Shown here piece after piece: positions 53,014-64,000 of a DNA stretch of 64,000 bases (positions within the stretch are counted from its first letter, which is position 1; each line of letters starts with the position of its first letter). Source of the stretch: Hydrolagus affinis (lineage: Eukaryota); assembly GCA_012026655.1 (NCBI GenBank), contig JAAILG010000838.1:1-64000 (forward strand), in the 5' to 3' direction. The position numbers were made by a program, and so were the translations under genes. The notes below the pieces were generated by a model that was not told the origin of the DNA, ran no database searches, and saw nothing but the letters and a program-made list of their open reading frames with translations.

Positions 53014-54816
53014 CTGCGTCCTGTGCTCTCCGACCGCAAACTGCAGAACAGCAAAGCCGCTGTTGTGGCCGTCCTCAACTCGCTCCACGGTGCTCGAGTC
53101 AATCTTCAGGTCACTGCTGATCTCAGCGCTCTGTATGAAGTCCTCGGTCTTTAAGTCTTCGACTCGCTTGAGCTCTCCGTTAGCGAGCTGGATGATCGAG
53201 CCTTTCATGAAGTAGGGGGGCAGTTGGTTGGGTGTGGTCATGGGGGAGCTGACTGACTGCACCGGGGGCAGGTGCACCTGGGCCTGCACGATGGTGGTTT
53301 GGTAGGCCGGCTGAGGGACAAGTGATTCAGGGTTATAGTTCTCGCTCTTGGAGGTGGCCGTGCGGACGAATGGGTGAGGCACTGCAGCAAACTGAGGAGA
53401 CGTGGTCACAATCGTAGATGTTACTCCTGATCCATCGGCCGCCGAGCCACACACAGGAATGAGGGTGCCTGGGATCACGAGGTGCTGTTGCATGTTCCCG
53501 TGGTAACTAAGTGCTTGTTGCTGGCTGCTGATGTAGCCGATGAGAGGCTGCTGTGGAGCGGGATACACGGCACTGGAAGGTAGTCCTATTGGGAGATGCT
53601 GTGTGGGGTTATGTGTGGTCTGAATGACAGTATGTGGGGGAAAGGCTGCCTTGCCGTGATTTAAGTTAGTCTTATCGTACACTGCCAAAGGAGAGCTTCC
53701 CCTGTCTATGGCCTGTTGGACCTCCAGATCTGTAGTAGGCGTATGACTGTTCGGTATAATCATTACTGAGGTCCTGCGACCTAAAGTTTCGTGTGCATTA
53801 TAATCAGCAGTACTTGGGTGGACAACCACATGGGCTCCATGCCTGATTTCATAGTGCCGAGCCATGGGCTTGCTTCCTGCCTTTTCCATGTTCATTTCTG
53901 AGCTGGGGGAGATAGCATACCTCCTGTTTTTTTCCATTTCGCCATTCAACACTTCCCTTCTTGAGACAATGTGCTTGGTGTCTTCAGCCTTCCTGGCAGA
54001 CTCCCTCGATGAAACGTGGTACCCGGGATTGGCATACTGAAGGACTACCTGCGATGGGGCACTGACTGTGAGGCTGTGCGGAATCAGTGTAGGGTGAGAG
54101 TGCAGAGGGACTGCTGCAGGGGAAAGACATCGGGTCAAGTTTGGAGAGGAGCTTGGAATCTGCATGTACTGGCTTTGCAATGAAGGAGAAGATCCTGTGA
54201 TCATTCCAGACGGTCTGACCATATGTTGCTCAACCTTATGCTGGGATGGGCCACCCATGTTGGTAAGGATGGTAGAGTAGGGTTCCAGGTGGGAATACTG
54301 AGATGGAGTGGCAGAAGAGGAAGAGGTCGTCGGGGAAATCAAAGGGGATGGGATGAAGGCAGCAGGTCCCGGATATGGTCCACCGTAATGTGACCCAACA
54401 AACTGGAAAGCAGTGGGCTGCAGCGGGGCATACTGTACAGGAGACACGGAGGTTCCTGGCTGTGATAGTGCAGAGGACGAATAGACAGCACGAAGGTGCG
54501 TTACCCCCGGAGTCGCTCGAGTGTTGCCAGGTGACGAATAGTCCACAGGTGACGCAAGTGGTTTATAGAGTGCTACTGCTTGTGGTAAGCAAGTCTCCAT
54601 CGCCATTTCTCCTATTGTCTTGGCATGTCCGTACCTCATGCCGACACTGCTTTGGCTGCTCGCTACGTTGGCAAGCCATGCTAGGTTTTCACTGCGACTG
54701 CTGTCACTCACAGGAGCTGCTGCCACCACCTTCTCCTCCAACGGCAGACAGCTGACAGGAAACTCTCGCTTTTTGGGTGGTAAGCATTCGTTGCTGCGCT
54801 CCTGGTTCGATTTCAT
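53014..54816 (-). CDS. ATXN1: Ataxin-1, first coding exon (601 aa, MKSNQERSNECLPPKKRE... through the N-terminal part of the AXH domain)
   Basis: ORF 53008-54816 with the diagnostic N-terminus and the AXH start LPPYFMKGSIIQLANGELKRVEDLKTEDF. Donor CAG|GTatga at 53013. Confidence 0.97.
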
Positions 54817-54982
54817 TTTTATAGACTCACTTAGTGTCTGTTATGCTTGGATTCTAGTTTGAGAAATTGGATGTCACATTTGTTTTCTGGCAGCTCGACC
54901 CAAAATGATCCAAGAACTACATGAGGCATCATTTCCTCTAGCCAGAATTTTTTTTTATATACACACACAGCTGCTCTGGAAT
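54817..54982 (-). other. ATXN1: 5'UTR portion of the ATXN1 start-codon exon, containing a 33-codon uORF (54831-54932)
   Basis: Polypyrimidine tract ctctcttttcatttCAG followed by a second CAG 7 nt downstream, so the exon starts at 54982 or 54975. Confidence 0.7.
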
Positions 54983-55979
54983 CTGAAATGAAAAGAGAGT
55001 TTCAAAAGTTTCACACTTAACAAACAAGAGGCATTTGCCAACTCAAGCAACGGTAAATTTACAAACTGATGAAAATTGACAGTTGTGCTAACATAACTGT
55101 GTATGTGGAACCCCATTTATGCTTACTGCCTGCTCTGAAAAGTTTATTTTAAATCCAGGGCTTTGGAAATATAGTCAGTGCAGATTCACTTCCCCACCCC
55201 ATTCCCTCAATACTAACATGCCAGGCGGGTGAAGTACAAATAGGGTACCACATACAGAGCAATCCTCAGTAATAGTGAGAGCAAGCTGCACTTCAGCAGA
55301 TTCACAGTACGCCTTTTCATTGATTGGTATCACTGAGATCTACCTCATCTCATTCATGAAAACCTGGCTGATTTAAATATTGGCTGCGGAGGAAGAGGGA
55401 GGATGGGAGAACCGCACAGGCAAGATGCTGTACAACTCTTTACAACTGGTTGCAACCACCCCGAAACCCAGGACAAGGCTGATGCCTTTTCATATTAGCA
55501 CCTAAAATTCCAACGTTATTTGCCATTTCAACCTGGAATCGCAAGTAGACTAAATGGGTGCATACCATCACAGTATGTATTACTGCTTATATAGAAAATC
55601 AATTTTCAAGCTTAATTCTGATCAACATGAAAGACACACGATTCACACGTTAAAAACTCAAACACATTATTATATAAAAACATAAAGACAGCATTGTCAC
55701 GAGTGTGCTCTAGATTATTCCTAAGAAGGAAGGGTCCCTGCCCTCAGTGATCAGTCTTCCCTTCCAAGTCCTGCTCATGAGCCAGGCTGGTTGTGCTGTC
55801 ATCAGCAGTGCCTGGAGTATTGCGGACCTGCTTGGCTCAGGAATTGGACGATTGACACCGCCACAGAGGTTTGGCTCAATTCTGACATTTGGTTGCCAGA
55901 CATGGCAAGCACCTCAGAATCATTCCTCCTTTTGTGAAAAGTGTCTTCTAATACTGGCGTAGCACCCACAGCAGTTGGT

Positions 55980-56289
55980 TATAATAATAATAATCCTTGC
56001 ATCTGATGTAGCGCCATTGACATCTTCTAGACTTCTCAACGCACTTCACAGAATATACTGTAAAGTGAATTTACTGTATATTTGTGAGTGAAACGTGGCA
56101 GCCAATTTCACACAGTAGTATCCCATAAACAGTCATGAACTGAAATTACGAATTTATTGCTGTTTGTTTGAGGGATTATTATCAGCTGTGTAGAGTAATG
56201 AAACTTGCCCAAGGTTTCACACTGCCTAGAATCGAACCCAGGTCTCTCGTTTGCAAGGCGAGTGCTCCAACCACTGAGGTATAGGAGTC
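55980..56289 (-). mobile_element. Full-length copy of the same SINE family
   Basis: tRNA-like head at about 56225-56289; TAA tail at 55981. Confidence 0.85.
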
Positions 56290-57339
56290 TGCAATTCTGG
56301 TTCCTGAATCACATGAGAAGTTCTATAATATGAATATAATACTGTAGTAAAGCTTTCTAAAGGTGTGGGTGTGTGTTAGGGAACAATATTTTATAGGTCA
56401 GATAATTGCAGGGGTGGGGCCTCAGGTGGAATATACATAATAGCACAAATAATAATATAATAATAGTTGGCTCAAATAACCAGTTTCCATGCTGAATCTC
56501 TCTCTGAAAGTGTGTGCATACACGCACTCACTCACGCATACATCTGTATAGCAGAGCTATCAGAATGCAAACTTTTCAAGTTATGAGAAGAGCCTCGGTG
56601 GAAGTGAGAAGCAAAACTCAAAAATAAAACAGAGGAAAATTTTAATTATTTGAACGTTATTTGAAATTATCTGAAGCTCAAGTATTTACAGAAGACATCA
56701 CTCTGAAAGATCCAGGTATTGACAATTTTGAAAGGTCACAATAAGTCACATCATTGCCCAAAAATACTTCAGCAGTAATTCCAGAAATCATTTTCCTTCA
56801 ATATAAAAAAGAAATTTCCGTCCAGAAATTATGTGACTGAAAAGGACCAGATCAGGAAGGTTGATAAATGAATCATTGGGTGGATGTTGTCAGGCATTGA
56901 GAAGACAGGAACTGGTAAACTTTCCAACTGTTCCCACTGAAACATATCAGCTATTTTGTACATGTTATCTTGAAACAGTTGGCTGTTGGGAGTGTGCCAC
57001 CGACTGTAACACAATCTTAGCAGTTCTAGTGACTGTATAAACAACTAGAGCTTTGCTTGCATGATTCAGGATGTCATTAAGGCTCTCTCCCTCGCTCCAA
57101 CTTTGTTACAGTGCCGGAAAGCACTCCCGGCCAACTGTTGTACTATATATAGCAATGTACGTCTTCTGAGGTTCACGTCAATCACATAGGTCATGGGACT
57201 AATAGGCATTCACTAATGTACAGGAGCAAACACATCTCTAAGTTCAATCATAAATCAATCATCCTACTACATGATTATCACCAGTCATAAAGCAGAACGC
57301 TTCATTATTGCGAACCACTATAGATCTATCACTATAATA

Positions 57340-57629
57340 CAGTAAAACCTTGATAATCCGATATTCTGAAATTTTCAAGATTTCAAAATCCATACAGTAT
57401 AAAAAAATTTCAGATGTCCAGCAAATCCCCCCAAATTCTGAACAGCTGCTTGTGAGAGATCTATAGTTGTGTTTTGCTCGTCACCCCAAAGGGAAACAGC
57501 TCAAGTGACTACTTATCAGAGTTGACTAGTTATCTCAAAAATAGAAAGTACTAATAGCCGGGATATTAGAGAGTGATTAGTTATGCAGAATTGACACTTA
57601 TCCCTGCGTGAGTTATCAAAGTTTCACTG
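57340..57629. mobile_element. Tc1/mariner-pogo (Tigger-like) MITE
   Basis: TA|CAGTAAAACCTTGATAA ... TTATCAAAGTTTCACTG|TA, i.e. imperfect TIRs with a TA target duplication. Confidence 0.7.
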
Positions 57630-58194
57630 TACTGCAGACAATCACTACAAAGCACCACCTTGACTCTGCTGGTAGCACTCTCACCACTGGTCAGCTGGAT
57701 GTGGGTTTTAGCCCACATTGCGATTTGAGCTCACAGTGCAGTCCAGTGCAGTACTGAAAGTGCTGAATTGTCTAATGGGGCCATCCTATTTATGGATGAG
57801 GTAACAAACTGAAGTTGCCTGTATTGGGAGGATCTAATAATCCCACGACACTATTTGAACAGAGAGGGAAGACTCTGGGTGTCATGTTCATAATCGAAAC
57901 CAATCAGATAAAGTGATTATTCCTTGTATGGATGTTTCAGAGGCCATGCTGTGTACATACCTTGTTTGCAAATAACTGCTATATTTGCTTCTAAAAAAAG
58001 TCACTAGAATTGACAGTAATTAGCATAACATTTTGACGTGATAAGGCGCTATACATTGTAAGTTATTTCCTCCCCTGTTGCCTGAACCTACAAGCTTTGC
58101 TGTTTCTCTAGAGCGCAGCCACATTCTGGTATCTCATCTGAGTGGCCATTCTTTATGTCAGTCAATTAATGTGGCAGGAGGATCCAACTACAAA

Positions 58195-58748
58195 TCACAA
58201 CAACAACAACTTCAATTTATACAGCGCCCTCCACACCGGATGGAGTCTCAGAGCACTTCACAGTAGCGGATCCCGGGACCGAGCCAGGGGCAGGGGTAGA
58301 AAGATGACCAACGGCGTGGTCGAAGAGAAAGGTCTTTAGCTGTGACCTGAAACTAGGAAGAGAGGGAGCGAAGCAAAATGAGTGAGGAAGGGAGTTCCAG
58401 AGCCTTGGGGCATAGTGGCCGAAGGCACAGCCACTGAGGGTGGAGCGGAGGATTCAGGGGACATGGAGGAGGCCAGACCTGGTGGAGCGAAGGCAGCGGG
58501 TGCTGATTTGGGGAGAGAGGAGATCAGAGAGGTAGGGCGAAGAGGAGTGGAGTGACTTGAAAACAAGGGTGAGGATCTTGAAGTCGATCCTCTCAGGGAC
58601 AGGGAGCAAGTGAAGTCTGGAAAGGACTGGGGTAATGGGGGAGCGAAGCTTGGTGCGGGTGAGTATGCAACAGAGCTTTGAATTAGCTGGATTTTGTGGA
58701 TTGTGGTGGCAGGGAGACCAGCGAGGAGAACATTGCAATAGTCCAGCC
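58195..58748 (-). mobile_element. L2-type LINE 3' fragment
   Basis: Near-identical by eye to 5498-6070; (AAC)n tail. Confidence 0.88.
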
Positions 58749-59856
58749 TAAGGCATGGACCATGGATCACAGCTGCGCTTATAACAGATAGTATGTATTA
58801 CATAATAATAATCCTTACATTTGATATAGAGCCTTATCGTATCATGGAGGTGTCTCAAAAAGCTTCACTGAATATACTGTAAAATGAATTGACTGTTTAT
58901 TTTGTGGAAGAAACGTGGCAGGTAGTGGGACAGCATGACCTGTCCTTGCCTGACATCCCCACATACAAACTTCCAGCAAGGGTCAGTAAACAACCAGCAG
59001 CATAAATGCCGAGCGAACTTCCTTCTATCCATTCCAGGGACATTGAAGTCAATTGAGGCATCCCCATTGCTTCAGCAACCGAGGTCAGCAATTTCCTATC
59101 ACAGTAGAAAGCAGATTGAACCAGAGAACGTGATATGCATAGCACAATGGGACATCACATGCACTTACCACTGAGTCATTGAGAAGGAAAGCACTTATGT
59201 TTTTACAATTAGCCTTTGAGACTAATATACAGTAGAAGGAACATCAGTTGCATTTACAGTTGAATGGTGTTTTCTATCAGTCATTCCAGTACTATGCTTT
59301 AATTGAAACATGCATCAGCAACTTGAATTTATAGAGCCCCCTCTATTCAGGATGGTGCCACAGAACATTTAACAGTAATGGAGCCTGACACCGAGCCAGG
59401 GAGAGGAAATAGGTGACCGTGAATTCGATCAAAGAGGAAGGTCTTCAGCTGTAATCTGAAAATGGGCAAGGTGGATAGTCTCAGCCAGGGATTGAGGCCT
59501 CAATTCTATTAAGACTCTGTGAATTCATATCAGTTTGGCTCAGTTGCGAGCATTTCACAAATGCAGTCGTTATACTTTAGAGTAAAAATCCTGAGAAGAA
59601 AGTTGAGATGTTTCAACATATGATACATCAAATTCATGGATTATTATAATATTTTTCCTTCCAACCTCTGGATTTGGGACCCAAATTACAGTCTAATCTC
59701 ATAGTATGGGCCATCACTCCACAGTAACACTGGGAGAGCTCTGGTGTATTGTCACAGGTAAATTCATATTTCTGTTGAGACATTGGCGCCATCCATCTGG
59801 CTCTATTTTGAAGAAATACAGAATATTCCCATTTGTTGTCAATCTGTTTGTTGTGG

Positions 59857-60000
59857 GTTTTTCCTCTTACTCACTAACCCAACCACTACCTCAGCTGGGA
59901 TCAGGTAACAGCACAGATGGTCGTCGGTTCAAATCTCAGTCTGTGCTGTTACCTGATCCCAGCTGAGGTAGTGGTTGGGTTAGTGAGTAAGAGGAAAAAC
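59857..60000. repeat. Perfect 61-bp inverted repeat with a 22-nt spacer
   Basis: 59857-59917 is the exact reverse complement of 59940-60000. Confidence 0.97.
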
Positions 60001-61688
60001 AGTTAGGTTTCCAGCTGCTAATCACTCTTCAAAGACCAGGGCTGTGTGTCATGTTTATATTTTAGATAAAAATATGTCCATTAGTATATCAACGCTAATG
60101 TATAATATACAGTAAATACATTTATAAGTCAGCATCAAGCTGTTGAAATGCCTCACGCAGACACACACATAGACATACATAGACAACTTCCCCCTCCACT
60201 GCAGTCAAATAATCTACTGGCAAATACTCACTGCCAAGCCACACATATGAACAACCACCACTTGCCAATGAATGAATTGTGCCGCACACTAGAGGGAAAA
60301 GGAGTAAGAAACCTCTAGGAGGATGGGGAGGGAGAAACTGGACTGATAAAATGCATGGAAAATGTTTCAAAAAGTGCTTTGATGTGGTGGAAAAGTTGAT
60401 TGTTTAAATTCCGAGCATATATTGTAGGTGGATTGTGGGGGGAAAAGGCAGCCTTTGCCAGAACTGAAACTGGTTTAAGCCGCACCCATTATTATGAACC
60501 CAGCACTGCCACAGTAATGCCAAACTGAAAAGGCTCACACATTCTGAAGCACTTGGTCGTCTTTACACAACCCATCCATCTTGTTATTGTTGCAAATATA
60601 ATAACGCCCATTTCACTGAGTTGTAGTTGAATGAACAGCAGCACAGCCCAGAAACAAATCCAATTTGTTTCCTCTGCACAGCTGCAACTGAAGAGAGCAA
60701 ATACGGCCTAAACTACTCACATAGCTCAAAGTCAAGGCACTTTCATTTGACTCTGCTTAATACTCTTCTGCCAAAAACAGCCATAGTGCAACCTCTTTGG
60801 TCAACTTGACGCATTCTGCTAGTCAACCCAAAATACACTTTTATAATTGTTGGTTTGGCACTAAAAATACAATCTACAGTTACTTAGTCACTAGACTTGA
60901 CTTTGGTATTGAAAAACTATTCATAAATATTCATAAATTCATAAAGCTTAAGCGACAGGATGCTTCGTGGCAAAGAAACGGTTTTAATCAGATCAAATAC
61001 AGAAGTTTTACTGAGCACATTAGAGCTTCAGTGTCGATCAGAGGAAAAAAAAACTTGTGTGATAAAAGGAAATTTTGTAATAATAATAATCCCTGCATTT
61101 GATATAACGCCTTATCCCATCATCAATACAACAACAACAACAAAATTATACTTCTATAGTGCCTTTCACATCAGAAGGCACTGGACAGTCACTGTTTCAG
61201 ACCTGAGTTGGGGTCGGGGGCGGGGAGGGTGGAGGGAAAGGGGAAGATTTGGGATGACCAATGGGACTGTCGAAGAGGAGGGTCTTGAGGCGGGACTTGT
61301 AAGAGGCCAGCGAGGGGGTGAGGTGGAGGGACTGCGGGATGGAGTTCAAGAGATTGGGGGCAGCGTGGCTGAAGGCTCACCCGCCAATGGTGTGGTGGGT
61401 GGGTCGGGGGACATGGAGCAGGCTGGAGCCTGCTGAGCAGAGGTGATACATCTCAAAGAGCTTCACAGGATATACAAGATACACGGCAAAGTCATGTGGC
61501 TGTACATATTTTGTTGTCTAGCTCATTTGATATTTGTCTAATAAATAAAACTTTATATTTTACAACAACTTGTATTCATATAGCAGCTCTCACAAAATAG
61601 CGCTTGTAACATGAAAATGTTAATTTCATAATCATTTAATTAATGTTAAATATGGTAACTATGTATTTGTAGTGCGCAATCAATTTGC

Positions 61689-62010
61689 GTGGAGTCCTGT
61701 CGCTCAGTGGTTAGAGCACTCGCCCTACAAGCGTGAGATCTGTGTTTCGAATGCAGGCAGGTCAGGGCGAAACCTTGGGCAAGTTTCCTTACTCCACAAG
61801 CCTAATAATAATCCGTCCTAAAAAAAAACCGTATAATAAATTGTTATTTCAATCCACGACTGTTTGTGGGACACTGCTGTGTGCAATTGGCTAGCGCGTT
61901 TTGCCCACAAATATACAGTCAATTCACTTTACAGTGTATTCTGTGAAGCGCTTTGAGACGTCTAGAACACGTGAAAGCGCTGTATCAAAATGCAAGGATG
62001 ATTATTATTA
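61689..62010 (+). mobile_element. Full-length tRNA-headed SINE with Deu-like body and (ATT)n tail
   Basis: A-box-like gctcagtggttagagc, B-box-like gtttcgaatgc, body tgtttgtgggacactgctgtgtgcaattggct, LINE-like 3' stem and attatt tail. Confidence 0.85.
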
Positions 62011-63696
62011 TAAGAACTTTAACTCTCAACTGAACAGGCAGCTGGGACTTCTGTCTAAAATCTCATCCAAAGGACAGTATCTCCAACAGTGCAGCACCAC
62101 CCCCAGTACTGCACTGCGGTGTCAGCATAGACAAAACAAGCTCCAAGTTCCAGCATAGGGATGGAACCCATAATCTGCTGACTCAGAGGCGAATATCCGG
62201 CCAAACGAGCCAGGCTGACACACATCTCCAAGGAAAGCATGTAGAAAAAGGAAAGGACCACAGAAGGATTCCTAGAATCACTGGATGTGGCCATGCCGGG
62301 GAGGGCACGAGGAGAATACATTAGAAGAGACAAAATGAAGATGCTGGATCAAGTAAGAGTGAAGCAGGAAATCGCAGAGCTTTGAGATGCCCCAGAGAGA
62401 GACAGTGGAGAATGACAGATTTGTCAACAGCATTGAAAGCAGACAAGAAATCCAGGGGGAACCAGGAAACACAGGGAGCTCCAGTCACAGATCGAGAGGA
62501 TGCCACTTGTATTTTTAACTAGGCCCGCATCAGTACTATGAGCAGAGTAGGATTGAAGAGAGCGGTGGGAGTGGAAGGCACAACATGTTCCTTCAGACCC
62601 AGAGGCGAAAATACTACAAACTGATGCAGGCTGACATCTAATTTTATCAAATAAATACAATTAAACAACTCACGAAATCTCAAATCTAACTCTTAAAGTT
62701 GTATAAATTTCAGACTGTTGCCACTGAGTGGTGCCACAGGTTTAGCTCTGCTTGGCTGGCTCAGTAGCAATCTCATCTCTGAGTCAGAAATCACAATGGG
62801 ACTTTGAGCTCAGTCTAGGTGGACACTCCAATACATTATCACTACATTATCAGAGGCTCTGTCCTTGGGATGAGATGTTAAAACCAAAGTCTCGTCTGCC
62901 TGTTCATGTGGACATTAAAGATCCCATGACACTTTTCTCCTAATTTCTTGGCCAACAATCTGAGTTAAATTGGTGATTCAGGTCATGGCTCTTTGTGGGA
63001 CACTGTTGTGCGCAAGTTGACTGCCACATTTGTCTACAAATTCGCAACCACTAAACTTGACAACAATTACCTATGAAGCACTTTTTGTCATATGGTTATA
63101 TTAATGAATCCCCCTGTGTAGGCCTCTCATTTATACTGTGAGTCGCTGCTTAACGCATGCTATAAATACCGAATTACAAGATACGTGATGCCTTTACATT
63201 AGTCAGCTCATTAGGCTACTTATCCAAATTTCAGGATATTTTCTTCAGAGCATAGCTTTCTGAGAGATTTAGATAATTAATTTTTTTGACAATAACAAAA
63301 CTTGAATTTGCAGCTTTAGCTAGTTTCAGCTCTCAGCCACTAGTTCAGTTTTCACCCTGTGCATTGGGATGTCTCTCCAGACTGAAAAGAAAGTTTCAAA
63401 CTAGGTCCAGTAACTTAGTACAATACTAAATTGTTCAACAACTGCTCATCTTATCCAAAGCATTCCGGGACACTATCCTGGGTGGAGGCCACTATATAAA
63501 TGCAAGTTATTGTTGTTGTTGTTATTATCCTGTAACCTTAATTTAAAATGAGATGTACAACTTCCCAAAATCTTAACATGCCATTATTTTAACCACAAAA
63601 TATAGTCAATTCACTTTACAGTATATTCTGTGACGCGCTTTAAGACCCCTCTACAACGTGATAAGGCGCTATATCAAATGCGACGATTACTAGATA

Positions 63697-64000
63697 CAGT
63701 AGAAGCCTGTTTATCCGTGACCTGATTAACCGTAACTTCCGTATAACCGGCACCGCAAAAAAAAAGTCCGCATTCGTTAAACGGGAATTTATCCAGAAAA
63801 ATGCATTTTTTGGGTGTTTTGTGTTGCGTCAGTATTTTGGAATGCTGCTACTAGGTGCCTGATGGTGACGCTAGCTCAGAATGCTGCCGGTACTGTAAAG
63901 CAATGCACTCTCCGAAGTGTACTCTTTGAGAGGCAGAGCTGGGTAAGTTGATTAATTTAGATTTAATTTAGCCACAGAACAGCAAAACACACACACCCTG
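63697..64000. mobile_element. Probable left end of a Tigger-like element running off the window
   Basis: TA|CAGTAGAAGCCTGTTTATCCG followed by repeated taaccg motifs. Right TIR not visible. Confidence 0.45.

Noticed and set aside
54375-54862. Plus-strand ORFs antisense to ATXN1 (also 44502-44984, 52897-53215)
   Set aside because: These are the expected shadow ORFs opposite a coding exon, with no independent motifs.
59964-59985. A canonical let-7 miRNA gene
   Set aside because: The sequence is on the 3' arm of a perfect stem, 24 nt from the loop, and differs from known let-7 members after the seed. Kept only as a hairpin finding.
55000-64000. Upstream non-coding ATXN1 exons or promoter
   Set aside because: No CpG island or exon can be supported from sequence alone; transcript data are needed.

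Overview
This is vertebrate genomic DNA. The repeat content (L2-type LINE 3' ends with (GTT)n tails, tRNA-headed Deu-domain SINEs, a Penelope-type hairpin) points to a cartilaginous fish, probably a chimaera such as elephant shark; the species is an inference. Two convergent genes lie tail to tail, as in human 6p22. GMPR (GMP reductase 1, + strand) has coding exons 2-9 at 1832-36430, exon 1 lies upstream of the window, and intron 4 has a GC donor. ATXN1 (ataxin-1, - strand) has two coding exons, 53014-54816 and 44450-44980 (777 aa, AXH domain, no polyQ), and an apparently repeat-free 3'UTR of about 3.7 kb ending near 40730. Introns are densely filled with LINE, SINE and MITE remnants, and nearly all other ORFs in the track are LINE fragments or chance. 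Most notable: a 33-codon uORF just upstream of the ATXN1 start that appears conserved at the peptide level with human, a perfect 61-bp hairpin with a let-7-like arm, a young hAT MITE next to the ATXN1 poly(A) site, a degenerate Penelope-type hammerhead, and miR-19/101/130 seed sites in the ATXN1 3'UTR. Repeat boundaries are approximate, and comparisons with human sequence are from memory and need alignment.
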